The notes: generated by a model from the letters alone, not told the origin. A stretch of DNA of 64,000 bases from Chloroflexota bacterium (GCA_027623675.1 JAQBVF010000001.1:117497-181496); one strand, 5' to 3'; counted from the stretch's first letter, positions 41,563 to 52,244 are shown. Translations and numbers: made by a program.

Positions 41563-41564
41563 TA

Positions 41565-42320
41565 TTAGATCCCAGACCGAGATGCCGCCTCGCCCCTTAA
41601 GAACGACATCCCTTGGGAGCGCATCATTGACGTGGTGTTGCTCCGGGCGATGGCCCGCAGGAAGTTGGCAACGATGCCCGTGTTCTTGCGGGTCTCTTTG
41701 CGGGGCGCGGGGAGGGAGACCGCCGATGTCTCGTCCAGCAGGCCCCATTGGGGCGGCAGGCTGCCCCGGGTGACCACGCCTTTGGGGGAGATCAGGTAAT
41801 GGAAGTCGGCGATGCCCATGAATCTGGGGTCGTGGAACTTGGTGCTGAAGGACGAGACCCGGTTGCGGTAGGCGTCCTCTTTGCCGGCAACCCGGCGGTA
41901 GTCGGCCAGGGCCTGCCTGAACGCCGGAACCTCTCGCCAGGCATCAGGGGACTGCAGCTTGGCGTATTCCAAGGCCTGGCTCAGGGTCTCCTTGGCCAGG
42001 TCGGTGCGGCCCGTGACCACGCCCTCCCGGCCTCGCAGCGCCGATAGGTCGCCGGCGGTGTGGTCGTCGCGGGAGAAATCGGACCGGCTGGACTTGACCT
42101 CGACGATGTAAAACGTGTTCTGTGGCCCCACGGCGGCCAGGTCCACGATGCGCCCGCCCGGCCCTTCCAGCTTGACCTCCAGCCCGATCACCCGGCAGCC
42201 CGCCTCGCGGTACAACCACTCCCATGCCGCCATCTTCAGGTCATAGGTCAGCCGGGTCTCGTTACCCCTCTTGAAGGGGGCAGAAACCGTAACCGGTCCG
42301 TCTTCCGCGCGTCCCGTCAT
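41565..42320 (-). CDS. MmcB-like PD-(D/E)XK nuclease family protein
   Basis: LEVKL...RIVDLAAV...IVEVKSSRSDF; LPPQWGLL. Confidence 0.7.
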   Translation of the reverse strand: MTGRAEDGPVTVSAPFKRGNETRLTYDLKMAAWEWLYREAGCRVIGLEVKLEGPGGRIVDLAAVGPQNTFYIVEVKSSRSDFSRDDHTAGDLSALRGREGVVTGRTDLAKETLSQALEYAKLQSPDAWREVPAFRQALADYRRVAGKEDAYRNRVSSFSTKFHDPRFMGIADFHYLISPKGVVTRGSLPPQWGLLDETSAVSLPAPRKETRKNTGIVANFLRAIARSNTTSMMRSQGMSFLRGEAASRSGI

Positions 42321-42432
42321 CCGTCAAATCTACTCGCATATCAAGGCGCTAGGCCGTAACGATGATGAGACTCCTGCCGTCGATTTTCAACGGGCTGCTG
42401 TCGTTAACGGCGCGCCATACCGGCGAACCGAT

Positions 42433-43455
42433 CTAGCCCAGCTCGTGCAGGCGGCGGACCATCTTCCGCATCTGGGCTTCTTCGGGCGGGTCCTGGCTGT
42501 AGACGGTGAAGCATGCCTCGTCCAGCAGACCGCCGTAACGCTCGACGAACCGGTCTGCAATCTCGTCGTACTCGCCGGAGACGCAGAAGGCGTCCAGCAT
42601 TTCGTCGGGGACCAACTCGCCCATCTCAGCCCATTCGCCCTTGAGGGACATCTGGTGCAGTTGCTGGCCGATCTCCTCGAATCCGTGGGCCTCCAGGACC
42701 GGGAAATAGCTCCTGGTCGAGGCGTAGAAGGCGATGCGGCGGCGCACCTCGGCCTGCATCGCCACGATGCTGGAGCGGTCCGGCCCGGTGATGATGAACC
42801 CGCCGCCGGTGACCTTCAACGAGCCGCTGTCTCTGCCCGCCTTCTGGGCGCCCTTTTCCAGTCCGGGACGCACCACTTTGCTCACGTACTCGGGGGAGGT
42901 GAGGCTGTGCAGCATCAGGCCGTCCGAGACCTCGCCCGCCACCTGGCAGTTGTAACTGTTCACGGCGGCGGTGAAGACCTCGGGCGCCGGATATTCGCTG
43001 GGACCGGGACTGAAGAAGGGCGTCATCAGGGAGAACTGGTAGCTCTTGCCCTGGTGGTCCAGCTTCTCGCCGGTCTGCCAACTGTGCCAGATCGCCCTCA
43101 ATGATTGGACGTAATCGCGCAGCCGCGGGCCCGGCGCCTCCCAATCGGTGGAGAAGCGGCGCTGGATATGGCCTTTGACCTGGGTGCCCAGTCCCAAGCG
43201 GAACCGACCCTTGGACAGTTCCTGCAGGTCGTGGGCGAGGTAGGCGGTGATCATGGGGGACCGGGGAAAGGCGATGGCCACCCTGGTCTCGAGGGTGGTC
43301 CGGGTGGTCGACGTGGCGGCCAGGGTCAGGGGCAGGAATGAATCGTGGGCGGTCTCGTTGCTGCACACCGAGTCGTAGCCCATGGATTCAGCCCAGGCGG
43401 CCTCGGCGGGCGCCGAAGCCAGTTCCTTGGCGGCTAGCCGATAGGTAACACGCAT
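42433..43455 (-). CDS. Probable F420-dependent LLM oxidoreductase (TIGR03617-like)
   Basis: ETAHDSFLPL, IAFPRSPM, GLGTQVKGHIQRRF, FSLMTPFF, IAFYASTRSY. Confidence 0.88.
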   Translation of the reverse strand: MRVTYRLAAKELASAPAEAAWAESMGYDSVCSNETAHDSFLPLTLAATSTTRTTLETRVAIAFPRSPMITAYLAHDLQELSKGRFRLGLGTQVKGHIQRRFSTDWEAPGPRLRDYVQSLRAIWHSWQTGEKLDHQGKSYQFSLMTPFFSPGPSEYPAPEVFTAAVNSYNCQVAGEVSDGLMLHSLTSPEYVSKVVRPGLEKGAQKAGRDSGSLKVTGGGFIITGPDRSSIVAMQAEVRRRIAFYASTRSYFPVLEAHGFEEIGQQLHQMSLKGEWAEMGELVPDEMLDAFCVSGEYDEIADRFVERYGGLLDEACFTVYSQDPPEEAQMRKMVRRLHELG

Positions 43456-43457
43456 GA

Positions 43458-43820
43458 CTACTCCTGGGTGGCGGTCTCGTAGCTCTGGTAAACGTAGTCG
43501 GTCTTGGAGGCCATGACGAAGTCGTTGCGGTGCAGGTTGCGAATCTTATGGGTCCACCAGGTCACCTGGACCCGGCCCCATTCGGTGATCAACCGGGGGT
43601 GGTGTCCCTGGTCCTCGGCCAGGGCGCCCAGTTGGTTGGTGAAGTCCAAAGCCCGTTGGAAGTCCTTGAACTTGAAGACCCGGTCCAACTTGGGGATGCC
43701 GTTCTCGTAGATCAGGTCCCACTCGGGAACCTCGGGTTTAAGCTGGGCCACCTCTTCCTCGGTAACGCTGGGCGAGTCCCGGCGGCAGGCCTCGCACTTC
43801 TCATTATTCAAACCGGCCAT
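43458..43820 (-). CDS. phhB: Pterin-4-alpha-carbinolamine dehydratase
   Basis: CEACR, FKDF..AL.F, GHHP, WWTHKIRNLHRNDFVMA. Confidence 0.92.
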   Translation of the reverse strand: MAGLNNEKCEACRRDSPSVTEEEVAQLKPEVPEWDLIYENGIPKLDRVFKFKDFQRALDFTNQLGALAEDQGHHPRLITEWGRVQVTWWTHKIRNLHRNDFVMASKTDYVYQSYETATQE

Positions 43821-43941
43821 CTTGGCACCTCGGTTGGTTATTCAGGCTAGGACTAGGACATCCTCGTGAGGCGAATTTTAGCATAGGGATGGGCGGTGAT
43901 TCCTTGAGCCACATCCCCCGTGGGGTTATAGTCTCTATAGC

Positions 43942-45291
43942 ATGACTGATTTCAGCAGATATACCGTTTCCATCGACTATGACCGGCGTTTGTACCAGCA
44001 GGACATCGCCGGGTCGGTGGCCCACGCCAAGATGCTGGCCAAGCAGGGCATCATCTCCCAGGAAGACGCCGCCCAGATCGCCCAGGGACTGGCCGGAATC
44101 AAGCAGGAGATCGAAGACGGCTCGTTCCCCTGGGACCCGGCCCTGGAAGACCTGCACATGAACATCGAAAGCCGCCTGCACCAGACCATCGGCGCGGCGG
44201 CGGGCAGGCTGCACACGGCTAGGTCGCGGAATGACCAGGTGGCCGTGGACCTGCGGCTCTATACCAAAGAAACCATTGTCGCTCTGGTGCGCGGTTTGCG
44301 GGGCGTGCAGCGGGCATTGACCGGACTGGCCGAGCAGTACCACGACGTGGTCATGCCCGGCTACACCCACCTGCAACGGGCCCAGCCGGTGCTCTTCGCC
44401 CACCATATGCTGGCCTACTTCGAGATGTTCCAGCGGGACATCGGCCGGTTCCACGACTGCCACCAGCGCACGGATGTGATGCCCCTGGGCAGCGGCGCCT
44501 TGGCCGGAGTGGCCTACCAGACCGACCGGGAGTTCCTGGCCAAGGAACTGGGTTTCAGCCGCATCAGCGCCAACAGCATGGACGCCGTGTCCGACCGCGA
44601 CTTCGTGGTGGAATTCCTGGCCGCCGCGTCGGTCTGCATGATGCACTTCTCGCGGATGTCCGAGGAACTGGTCCTCTGGTCCAGCGGCGAGTTCGGGTTC
44701 ATCCGGCTGGCCGACGACTTCACCACTGGCAGCAGCATCATGCCCCAGAAGCGGAACCCCGACTTCGCCGAACTGGCCCGGGGCAAGACCGGCCGGGTCT
44801 ACGGCGACCTTATGGGCATGCTCACGGTGCTGAAGGGCCTGCCCCTGACCTACAACCGGGACCTGCAGGAGGACAAGGAAGGCTTCTTCGACGCCGCCGA
44901 CACCCTCACTACGACCCTGGACGTTTTCCAGGCCATGCTGCCCGGACTGAAGCTGAACGAGGAGCGGGTATCCGGGCTGGCCGGAGAGAGCCAGATGCTG
45001 GCCACCGACCTGGCCGACTACCTGGTGGCGAAGGGCATGCCATTCCGGGAGGCCCACGGCATCATGCGCCAACTGTCCCGCCACTGCGACGAGGGGAATA
45101 TCGGCCTTAATGACCTGCCGATCGGGGAGTACAAGAAACTCTCCAGACTCTTTGAACCGGACGTCTATGACATCACTGCCATTTCGTCCGCCGCCGCCAG
45201 GGACAACCCCGGAGGGACGGCGCCGGGCCGGGTGGCTGCCGCGCTGGCAGAAGCTAAGGAAATATTGGAGGCTGCCGCAGATGGTTTCTGA
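43942..45291 (+). CDS. argH: Argininosuccinate lyase
   Basis: [46 protein letters not shown]. Confidence 0.97.
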   Translation: MTDFSRYTVSIDYDRRLYQQDIAGSVAHAKMLAKQGIISQEDAAQIAQGLAGIKQEIEDGSFPWDPALEDLHMNIESRLHQTIGAAAGRLHTARSRNDQVAVDLRLYTKETIVALVRGLRGVQRALTGLAEQYHDVVMPGYTHLQRAQPVLFAHHMLAYFEMFQRDIGRFHDCHQRTDVMPLGSGALAGVAYQTDREFLAKELGFSRISANSMDAVSDRDFVVEFLAAASVCMMHFSRMSEELVLWSSGEFGFIRLADDFTTGSSIMPQKRNPDFAELARGKTGRVYGDLMGMLTVLKGLPLTYNRDLQEDKEGFFDAADTLTTTLDVFQAMLPGLKLNEERVSGLAGESQMLATDLADYLVAKGMPFREAHGIMRQLSRHCDEGNIGLNDLPIGEYKKLSRLFEPDVYDITAISSAAARDNPGGTAPGRVAAALAEAKEILEAAADGF

Positions 45292-45958
45292 GGCCAGGGT
45301 GCTCATCGCCCCGTCGGTGCTGTCCGCCGACTTCGCCGACCTGGGCCGTCAGGTCCGGGCGGTCACCGACGCCGGGGCCGACCTGATCCACGTGGACGTG
45401 ATGGACGGCGTGTTCGTGCCCGCCATCTCCTTCGGCGAGGTGGTGGTGGACGCCATCCGGGCCAACACGGATGTCCCGCTGAACATCCACCTGATGATTC
45501 AGGAGCCGGAGAACCTGCTGTCCACCTTCGCCAAGGTTGAGTCAGACCAGATACTGGTCCACGCCGAGGCCTGCGGGCACCTGCACCGGACCGTTTCCCG
45601 GATCAAGGACAAGGGCAACCAGGTGGGTGTGGCCCTCAATCCGGGCACCCCGGTGAGCGCGGTGGAGGATGTCCTTTCATTGCTCGACATCGTGATGGTG
45701 ATGTCGGTGAACCCCGGCGCGTCGGGCCAGTCGTTCATCCCCCAAAGCCTGGACAAGATACGCCGCCTGAAGGCCATCATCGGCCACGCCGGTTGCGATA
45801 CCCAGATCGAGGTGGACGGCGGCATCAAGGCCGACTGGACCGCCCAGGATTCCATCAAAGCCGGCGCCACGATCCTGGTGGCCGGCTCAGCCATCTTCAA
45901 TGACCGCGAGACCATCCCCGAAGCCATGAAGGGCATGCGTGGGTGTGTTCTGGGCTGA
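45281..45958 (+). CDS. rpe: Ribulose-phosphate 3-epimerase
   Basis: IAPSVLSADF, HVDVMDG.FVP, MSVNPG..GQ.FI, IEVDGGI. Confidence 0.96.
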   Translation: MVSEARVLIAPSVLSADFADLGRQVRAVTDAGADLIHVDVMDGVFVPAISFGEVVVDAIRANTDVPLNIHLMIQEPENLLSTFAKVESDQILVHAEACGHLHRTVSRIKDKGNQVGVALNPGTPVSAVEDVLSLLDIVMVMSVNPGASGQSFIPQSLDKIRRLKAIIGHAGCDTQIEVDGGIKADWTAQDSIKAGATILVAGSAIFNDRETIPEAMKGMRGCVLG

Positions 45959-45987
45959 CAGCTACGAGCGGTACGGTTTTAGGCAAT

Positions 45988-46017
45988 AAAAAACCCCGGT
46001 TTGAAACCGGGGTTTTT
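45988..46017. terminator. Bidirectional terminator (rpe/rpmB)
   Basis: aaaaaccccggttt g aaaccggggttttt. Confidence 0.88.
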
Positions 46018-46039
46018 CTGATTCTTCCAGTTGGTCACC

Positions 46040-46246
46040 CTACAGGGCGGCGAAGACCTTTTGGACCTTCTTGGACTTGTGTAGGGAGCGGAGGCAGCGG
46101 CTGCAGATCTTCAACCGAACCGACTTGCCCTCACGGACCAGGGTTTGCTTATGGACGTTGGCCTTGAACCGCGTCTTGGTGTGGCGGTTGGAGTGGCTCA
46201 CGTTGTTGCCGGACATGCCGGCCTTTAGACAGATCTCGCAGCGCAT
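46040..46246 (-). CDS. rpmB: 50S ribosomal protein L28 (Zn-binding form)
   Basis: MRCEIC..GNNVSHSNRHTKTRFKANV...ICSRCLR. Confidence 0.96.
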   Translation of the reverse strand: MRCEICLKAGMSGNNVSHSNRHTKTRFKANVHKQTLVREGKSVRLKICSRCLRSLHKSKKVQKVFAAL

Positions 46247-46506
46247 ATCTCTTGACTCGTTTGTGCCGGTCTGGCTCAACGCCGGACGGCAAGATAACCG
46301 ATGTTTACCAGCATCCGCTCTGGGGAGCGCATCTCAGGTTAACACAAAGCCTACACTCAAACAACCGCCGGTGTCGCCGCGACTTGCGGGCCACCACTGA
46401 GAGCGATCAGTCTTGATCCAGGTCCCAGTTTCGCCGCCCCATACCTTACCTTGATCAAGGGGTGTATCATCCACACTGCATTAATTCTGGACCCAGGAGG
46501 ACCTCG

Positions 46507-46866
46507 ATGAACGTCATCCGACTCGGCGAAGTAGATTTCGTCCCCATCGCAACCGCCACGCCTATCCCCGGTTGGACCGGCGGCGAAGTCAAGCGCACCC
46601 GGCAGCCCATCTTGCCCGAGGGCGCCAGCAAGCACTTCAACAGCAGCGTTGTAAACTTCGAGCGCGGCGCCACCACCGGCTGGCACGTCCACAAGAGCGA
46701 CCAGATCCTGGTGGTGACCGCCGGGAACGGCATAGTAGCCAATGAGAGCGGCCAGCAGGAGATTCACGTGGGCGACGTGGTCCACATCCTGGAAGGCGAG
46801 AACCACTGGCACGGCGCCAAAGCCGATTCCTACATGTCCCACATCACCATCACCGCCGCCGAATAA
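46507..46866 (+). CDS. Cupin domain protein
   Basis: TGWHVH..DQIL, GENHWHGA, MSHI; AGGAGG RBS. Confidence 0.9.
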   Translation: MNVIRLGEVDFVPIATATPIPGWTGGEVKRTRQPILPEGASKHFNSSVVNFERGATTGWHVHKSDQILVVTAGNGIVANESGQQEIHVGDVVHILEGENHWHGAKADSYMSHITITAAE

Positions 46867-46890
46867 CCGGCCCACTTGGTGTTGCAAGTA

Positions 46891-46928
46891 AATAGCCCCG
46901 TCACTCCTGTGGAGCGACGGGGCTATTC
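46891..46928. terminator. Hairpin between convergent genes
   Basis: aatagccccgtcactcc/ggagcgacggggctatt. Confidence 0.75.
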
Positions 46929-46946
46929 TCTATGCCATGAATCTCC

Positions 46947-47510
46947 CTAATCCCGGTATTCCGGGTTGCTCTTCCATTTGGGCTGGGGGGTTTCCTGGCC
47001 GGAGCGGGGCACGAATTCCGACGGCTCGACCAGCTGCAGTTTATGGATGTATCGCGGGCAGTTGGGATAGGACTCGGTCACCCGCACGCGGACGATGAAC
47101 TGGGCCTCATGGTACTCGGCGAGCAGCGGGTCGTCCTCATCGATGGACGCCACCCCCTGAAGCCGCAGCCGCGCCTGACCTTCAAAGTCGATGAACAGCA
47201 GGCCGGCGTTGGGGTTCTGCAGCAGATTGCCCATGGACTGGTACTTGCCATTGCCGTCATAGTTGGGGAAGGCGATGGTGTGTTCATCCACCACTCGCAC
47301 GAACCCGGGGTCGCCGCCCTTATAGGAACACGTCGGCAGCCCACGCTCGTCGCACGTGGCCAGGAAGAACATGCGCGCCTTCTCGATGAACTCCCGGCCG
47401 TCCGGAGTGATGCTATCGCTCACCCGGTCGGACATTCGGTCGGCCAACCTGCGGGTGCCGAACTTGTCCTGAAGCTGCCGGTTGCCGGGATGGTAGTCGT
47501 GGACCTTCAT
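46947..47510 (-). CDS. Pyridoxamine 5'-phosphate oxidase-like FMN-binding protein
   Basis: FFLAT, CSYKGGDPGFV, FPNYDGNG, GLLFIDF, NCPRYIH. Confidence 0.88.
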   Translation of the reverse strand: MKVHDYHPGNRQLQDKFGTRRLADRMSDRVSDSITPDGREFIEKARMFFLATCDERGLPTCSYKGGDPGFVRVVDEHTIAFPNYDGNGKYQSMGNLLQNPNAGLLFIDFEGQARLRLQGVASIDEDDPLLAEYHEAQFIVRVRVTESYPNCPRYIHKLQLVEPSEFVPRSGQETPQPKWKSNPEYRD

Positions 47511-47899
47511 GTTCGTCCTCCCTGGTGGCGGAAAATCTCCACGGCGGCGTAGTCGATGACCGACCCTCGGATGGGCGGGTGGGGTTTCTTGACCCGAACT
47601 TCGACCGACTCCACCGGGAAGTCGGCCAGTATCCGGTCGGCGATGCCCTGAGCGGCGGCTTCCAGCAGATTGCGGGGCTCGCCTTCCATCACCGACTTTA
47701 CGGCCCGGTAGATGTGGGCGTAGCTGATGGTGTCTTCCAGGCGGTCCGACTTCCCTGCCCGGCCCAGGTCCATGGCCACGGTCAGGTCAACCAGATATTC
47801 CTGTCCCAGCACCCGCTCCTCCGGGTTCACGCCGTGAAACCCGTAGAAACGCATGCCCTCCAAAACGATGCGGTCGGTCCGAGACGATTGGCTGCTCAT
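47507..47899 (-). CDS. folB: Dihydroneopterin aldolase
   Basis: DRI.LEGMRFYGFHGV..EER.LGQ, DTISY, NLLE, KPHPPI. Confidence 0.95.
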   Translation of the reverse strand: MSSQSSRTDRIVLEGMRFYGFHGVNPEERVLGQEYLVDLTVAMDLGRAGKSDRLEDTISYAHIYRAVKSVMEGEPRNLLEAAAQGIADRILADFPVESVEVRVKKPHPPIRGSVIDYAAVEIFRHQGGRT

Positions 47900-47913
47900 C
47901 AGCGGTCCCGAGC

Positions 47914-48792
47914 CTAGCGGCCGGCTGCTGCGACGGCGTCGGCGAAGGCCAGCAGGTTCTGCGCCCGCTTCACCACCGGCACGTCCACCATGCGGCCGTC
48001 CATGGCGAGCGATCCCCGGCCCGCTGACTCGGCCTCGTCCCAAGCCGCCATTATCTGTTTGGCGTAGGCCACTTCTTCGGGAGACGGGCTGAATGTCTCG
48101 TTGATTATGTCAAGTTGGGACGGGTGGATGGCGAACTTCCCGGTGTACCCCATCTGCCTCGCCCGCTTGGCGTCGGCCCTGAGGGCGTCCGGGTCCTGGA
48201 AGAGGACGAATGGCGAATCCAGAGAGGCAACGTTGGCCGCTCTGGCCGCCACCGGGACCAGCGACCGCGGCACCTGGACCTCCTCGCCGGTATCGGAGCG
48301 CTCGATGCCCATGTCGTTGGTGAAATCCTCGGCGCCAAAGGCCAAGGCGATCACCCGGCTGGAAGCGGTTGCGATATCCCGGGCGTCCACCAGGGCGCTG
48401 GCGGTCTCGGCCCAGGCGACCACCTTGATGGAACCCGGCTCCACACCGGCCTGGGGCTCGATGGCGCTGAGCATGCGGTCGACGTCGCGAATGTTCCACG
48501 TGGATTCGACCTTACCCAGGCTGATGCCGTAGAGGTCGGGGGAGACGATGGCCTCAAGCTCGGGTCGGGTTAGGCCGGAGTCCAAGGAGTTCACCCGGAC
48601 CATGACCTTCTGTCCTTCGCGCCGCAAGGTGGGCACCCACTCCTTGGCCAGGTCCCTGGCGGCGGTCTTCTCGCCGGGCGGCACCGAGTCCTCCAGGTCC
48701 ACCATGATCACGTCGGCCTTGAAGCTGCGCGCCCGTTCCAGCATATTTGCCCGGTTGCCGGGCACAAAGATAAAGCTGCGTAGTAGTTCCAT
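47914..48792 (-). CDS. CitE-like CoA ester lyase (HpcH/HpaI family)
   Basis: RSFIFVPG, DLEDSV, VRVN, FGAEDF, GK.AIHPSQ, GRMVDVP. Confidence 0.9.
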   Translation of the reverse strand: MELLRSFIFVPGNRANMLERARSFKADVIMVDLEDSVPPGEKTAARDLAKEWVPTLRREGQKVMVRVNSLDSGLTRPELEAIVSPDLYGISLGKVESTWNIRDVDRMLSAIEPQAGVEPGSIKVVAWAETASALVDARDIATASSRVIALAFGAEDFTNDMGIERSDTGEEVQVPRSLVPVAARAANVASLDSPFVLFQDPDALRADAKRARQMGYTGKFAIHPSQLDIINETFSPSPEEVAYAKQIMAAWDEAESAGRGSLAMDGRMVDVPVVKRAQNLLAFADAVAAAGR

Positions 48793-48847
48793 GTTTGGTT
48801 GTTGTTCCTAGTTACCGCGCCCATTTCGGAGCGATGAATAGTTTGTG

Positions 48848-49101
48848 CTATTGCAGAGAAGATTCTCTAAGGCGCTCGGCAATCAGTTCGTCAGCCAAGC
48901 TGGTCTCGCTGGGGACATCCGAAAAATCGTCTTGAGCCGACCAATCATAGTTACTGTTTTCTCTAGAACTAACTTCTCGTCCGCTACCCTGGCGATCAGT
49001 GTGTCACCAGCCGAGATATTCATCGCCTGGCGGATGTGGGCTGGGATGACCACTCTTCCTTGGGAGTCCACGTGGACCTGGTTAGACTTCGACTTTTCCA
49101 T
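48848..49101 (-). pseudogene. AbrB/MazE/SpoVT-family antitoxin, frameshifted at a T5 run
   Basis: VDSQGRVVIPAHIRQAMNISAGD; the typical C-terminus SLADELIAER appears only in the -1 frame after the run at 48922-48926. Confidence 0.75.
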
Positions 49102-49122
49102 AATCGATAACCGGCTGGCCGT

Positions 49123-51969
49123 CTACTTCATGTCGCCCCAGGTGGGGCCCCACTTGGCGTCGACTTTAAGGGTTACGTCCAGGTCCATGGCGCCGGGCAT
49201 CTCGTCGAAGACCAGGGCTTTCAGGGCGTCCATCTCTTCTTTGGGCATCTCAAAGACCAGTTCGTCATGCACCTGCAGGAGCATCTTGGTCCGCAGTTCC
49301 TCCTCGTCCAGCCGCTTCTGCACCCGGATCATGGCCAGCTTCATGATGTCGGCGGCGGTCCCTTGGATCGGCATGTTTATCGCCATCCGTTCCGCCGCGC
49401 CGCGGGTATTGAAATTGGAACTGGTGATGTCGGGTAGGTAACGCCGGCGGCCCAACATCGTCTCCACGTACTGCTCGGACCTGGCCTTGGCCTTCACCTC
49501 TTCCAAGTAACCTTTGATGCCGGGGTACTTGTTGAAATAAGCCTCAATGAACGACGCGCCCTCCTCCCGGCTGAAACCGGTCTGCTGGGATATACCGTGG
49601 GCGGAGAGACCGTAGATCACCCCGAAATTCAGCACCTTGGCGATGCGGCGCTGCTCCGAGTTCACCTCGTTCAGCGGGACTTCAAACATCGACGAAGCCG
49701 TGGATGAGTGGATATCCTCGCCCCGTTGAAAGGCTTCCAAAAGGCCGGGGTCCTGGGACATGTGGGCCAGCACCCGCAGTTCGATCTGCGAGTAGTCGGC
49801 CGAGAACAAGAGCCAGTCCGGCGCACCATCGGCGACGAATGCCCGCCGCACCTGACGCCCAAGCTCGGTGCGGATGGGGATGTTCTGTAGGTTTGGGTCG
49901 CTGCTGGACATGCGGCCGGTGGCCGAGCCGGTCTGGTTGTAGCTGGTGTGCACGCGGCCGGTGGCGGGGTTCACCATGTCGGGCAGCGCGTCAACATAGG
50001 TCGACTTGAGCTTGGCGATCTGCCGGTATTCCAATATCTGGTCGACGACCGGATGCAGGCCCTTCAACCCCTCCAGCGAGTTGGCGTCGGTGGAGAAACC
50101 GGTCTTGGTTTTCTTGGTCTTGGGCAATCCGATCTCTTTGAACAGCAGGTCGCTTAGCTGCTGCGGCGAGTTGATGTTAACCGCGTGTCCGATGGACTGG
50201 TAAAGGGCCTCCTCCGTTTGGTACAACTGCTGCCGCAGGTCCTCGGACATCTCGCGCAGTCCGGCGGAGTCGAGCTTGATACCGTGACGCTGCATGGTCA
50301 CCAGCACCGGAACCAGCGGCATCTCAAGGTCGCTCATCAGGGAACTCAAGCCGTCCCTGACGATGGGCTCCTCGAAGGCCAGGCGGAGACGGCCGGTCAT
50401 ATCGGCGTCGGCGGCGGCGTAGGGCGCGGCCTGGGCGATGTTCACTTTGTCGAAGGTGATCTGCTTGCGGCCCGTGCCGATCAACCCCGAGATGGGCGTC
50501 ATCTCTTGGCCCAGAACGTCCAACGCCAGGTTCTTCAGGCCCAGTTGCCCTCGGCTCAACAGGTGGGCGGCGACCATGGTATCGAAATCGACCCCTTGGC
50601 AGTTGATACCGTGGCTGGCCAGGACCGTCATGTCATAGTTGGCGTTATGGGCGCACTTGGCGATCACCGGCGACTCGAACAGCGGGCGCACCGCCGCCAG
50701 CACTTCCTCCACTGGAAGCTGTTCGCCCTCCTCGTGTCCCACCGGTACGTACCAGGCCACGCCGGGGGAAGTGGCGAAACTCAACCCAACCAAGCCCGCC
50801 TGCACCGCGTCCAATCCCGTAGTCTCGGTGTCGAACGAGAAGCCGCCGGACTCGTACAGCGCCGCCAGCATCCGCTCAAGCTGGTCTTTGGTCTGGACCA
50901 CCGTGTAATCCGCGCCCTCCCCCGGCGTTTGGACCGGCGTCAGGGCAACGGCGCCTTCACCCCGTTCGGAATCGGACTCCGGGATACGGTCGATGGCGGA
51001 GAAGAACTCGATCTCGGTCATCAGCGCGACCACCGCGTTCCGGTCGAAGTCACCGAATCTCGCCGCTTCCAGGTCCAGTTCGACGGGGCTGTCGCGGTCG
51101 ATGGTCATCAGATCCCGGTTCGAGAACGCCCGGTCCTTGAACTCGGCCAAGGACGCCTTGACGCTGGGGCGGGAGATCTCTTCCAGGTGCTCGTAGATGC
51201 CCTCCAGGTTCTTGTATTCGTTGAGCAGGGCGACGGCGGTCTTCTCGCCGACTTTGGGCACGCCGGGGATGTTGTCCGATGAGTCGCCCAACAGCGCTTT
51301 GAAATCGGTCTGCTGGGCGGCGGTCAGACCCGAATAGCGCTGCTCCAACTCCGCCTCGCCGTAGATCTTGCGGTCTTGAATGCCCGAGGCCAAGTCGATC
51401 TTGACTTTCGGGGAGATCAATTGGAAGGTGTCGCGGTCTCCGGTGAGAATCACCGAGTCCAAGCCCATCGCTTCAGCCTTGGCCGACAGCGTGCCAATAA
51501 CGTCGTCCGCTTCCCAACCCTCCAGCTCAAACACGGGAATGCCGAATGCCGTCATGAGTTGCTTAACCCGGCCGAATTGGGGCCTCAGCTCTTCGGGCGT
51601 GGACTCTCGTTGTGATTTGTATTCCTCGAATTTCTTGTGGCGGAAGGTGGGCGCGGAGGTGTCGAAGGCGATGGCGCAGTAGGCTGGGTTCCACTCCCGC
51701 AGCGCCCGCAGGAATACGTTGGTGAAGCCATAGACGCCGGTAACATCCTCTCCGGTGGCGTTAACGGTCAGGTTGCGCTGTGTCGAGATGGCCCGGAACG
51801 CCCGGTGGACCATGGCGTGCCCGTCCATAATCATCAAGATGGGCTGACGCTCGGCGGCCTTTCCAGTCTTGGGCGGGGCCTCGTGGGATATCGATACATC
51901 AGGGGTTGCCGGCGCTTCGGGCTGGTCGTCGCCGAACATGGGCAGGGTATGGGCTTGTTCATCCGCCAT
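49123..51969 (-). CDS. polA: DNA polymerase I
   Basis: 5'-3' exonuclease (EADDVIG, GDSSDNIPGV), FDTETTGL, TGRMSSSDPNLQNIP, DYSQIELR, LQVHDEL. Confidence 0.98.
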   Translation of the reverse strand: MADEQAHTLPMFGDDQPEAPATPDVSISHEAPPKTGKAAERQPILMIMDGHAMVHRAFRAISTQRNLTVNATGEDVTGVYGFTNVFLRALREWNPAYCAIAFDTSAPTFRHKKFEEYKSQRESTPEELRPQFGRVKQLMTAFGIPVFELEGWEADDVIGTLSAKAEAMGLDSVILTGDRDTFQLISPKVKIDLASGIQDRKIYGEAELEQRYSGLTAAQQTDFKALLGDSSDNIPGVPKVGEKTAVALLNEYKNLEGIYEHLEEISRPSVKASLAEFKDRAFSNRDLMTIDRDSPVELDLEAARFGDFDRNAVVALMTEIEFFSAIDRIPESDSERGEGAVALTPVQTPGEGADYTVVQTKDQLERMLAALYESGGFSFDTETTGLDAVQAGLVGLSFATSPGVAWYVPVGHEEGEQLPVEEVLAAVRPLFESPVIAKCAHNANYDMTVLASHGINCQGVDFDTMVAAHLLSRGQLGLKNLALDVLGQEMTPISGLIGTGRKQITFDKVNIAQAAPYAAADADMTGRLRLAFEEPIVRDGLSSLMSDLEMPLVPVLVTMQRHGIKLDSAGLREMSEDLRQQLYQTEEALYQSIGHAVNINSPQQLSDLLFKEIGLPKTKKTKTGFSTDANSLEGLKGLHPVVDQILEYRQIAKLKSTYVDALPDMVNPATGRVHTSYNQTGSATGRMSSSDPNLQNIPIRTELGRQVRRAFVADGAPDWLLFSADYSQIELRVLAHMSQDPGLLEAFQRGEDIHSSTASSMFEVPLNEVNSEQRRIAKVLNFGVIYGLSAHGISQQTGFSREEGASFIEAYFNKYPGIKGYLEEVKAKARSEQYVETMLGRRRYLPDITSSNFNTRGAAERMAINMPIQGTAADIMKLAMIRVQKRLDEEELRTKMLLQVHDELVFEMPKEEMDALKALVFDEMPGAMDLDVTLKVDAKWGPTWGDMK

Positions 51970-52244
51970 AGCGGCACCTCGGAAGGTCCGATTCGTCTCG
52001 CAGTCGCCTCGGGGTGGGAGTTAGCTGCCTTCGAGACAATCCCGGAATAAACTGGAATATCCGGCGACTCTTGGTGGCCGCATTATACAGTAGCCAGGTT
52101 CGTTCCGCGCACTCACCGGAGTCATCCGCCATGCCCCAGGACCCGCCCTGACCCGGCCAAGAACCCTGCCCGCCTGCCTCATGCTAAAATGGATGCTCCG
52201 AGCCTGATGCGGCTGGGACATTCTGAGACAGGCGTGAACCGACC

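Noticed and set aside
52180..52244. TPP riboswitch upstream of the thiE operon (ctgaga, cctgat)
   Set aside because: Motifs are in the wrong order and the rest of the aptamer is not evident
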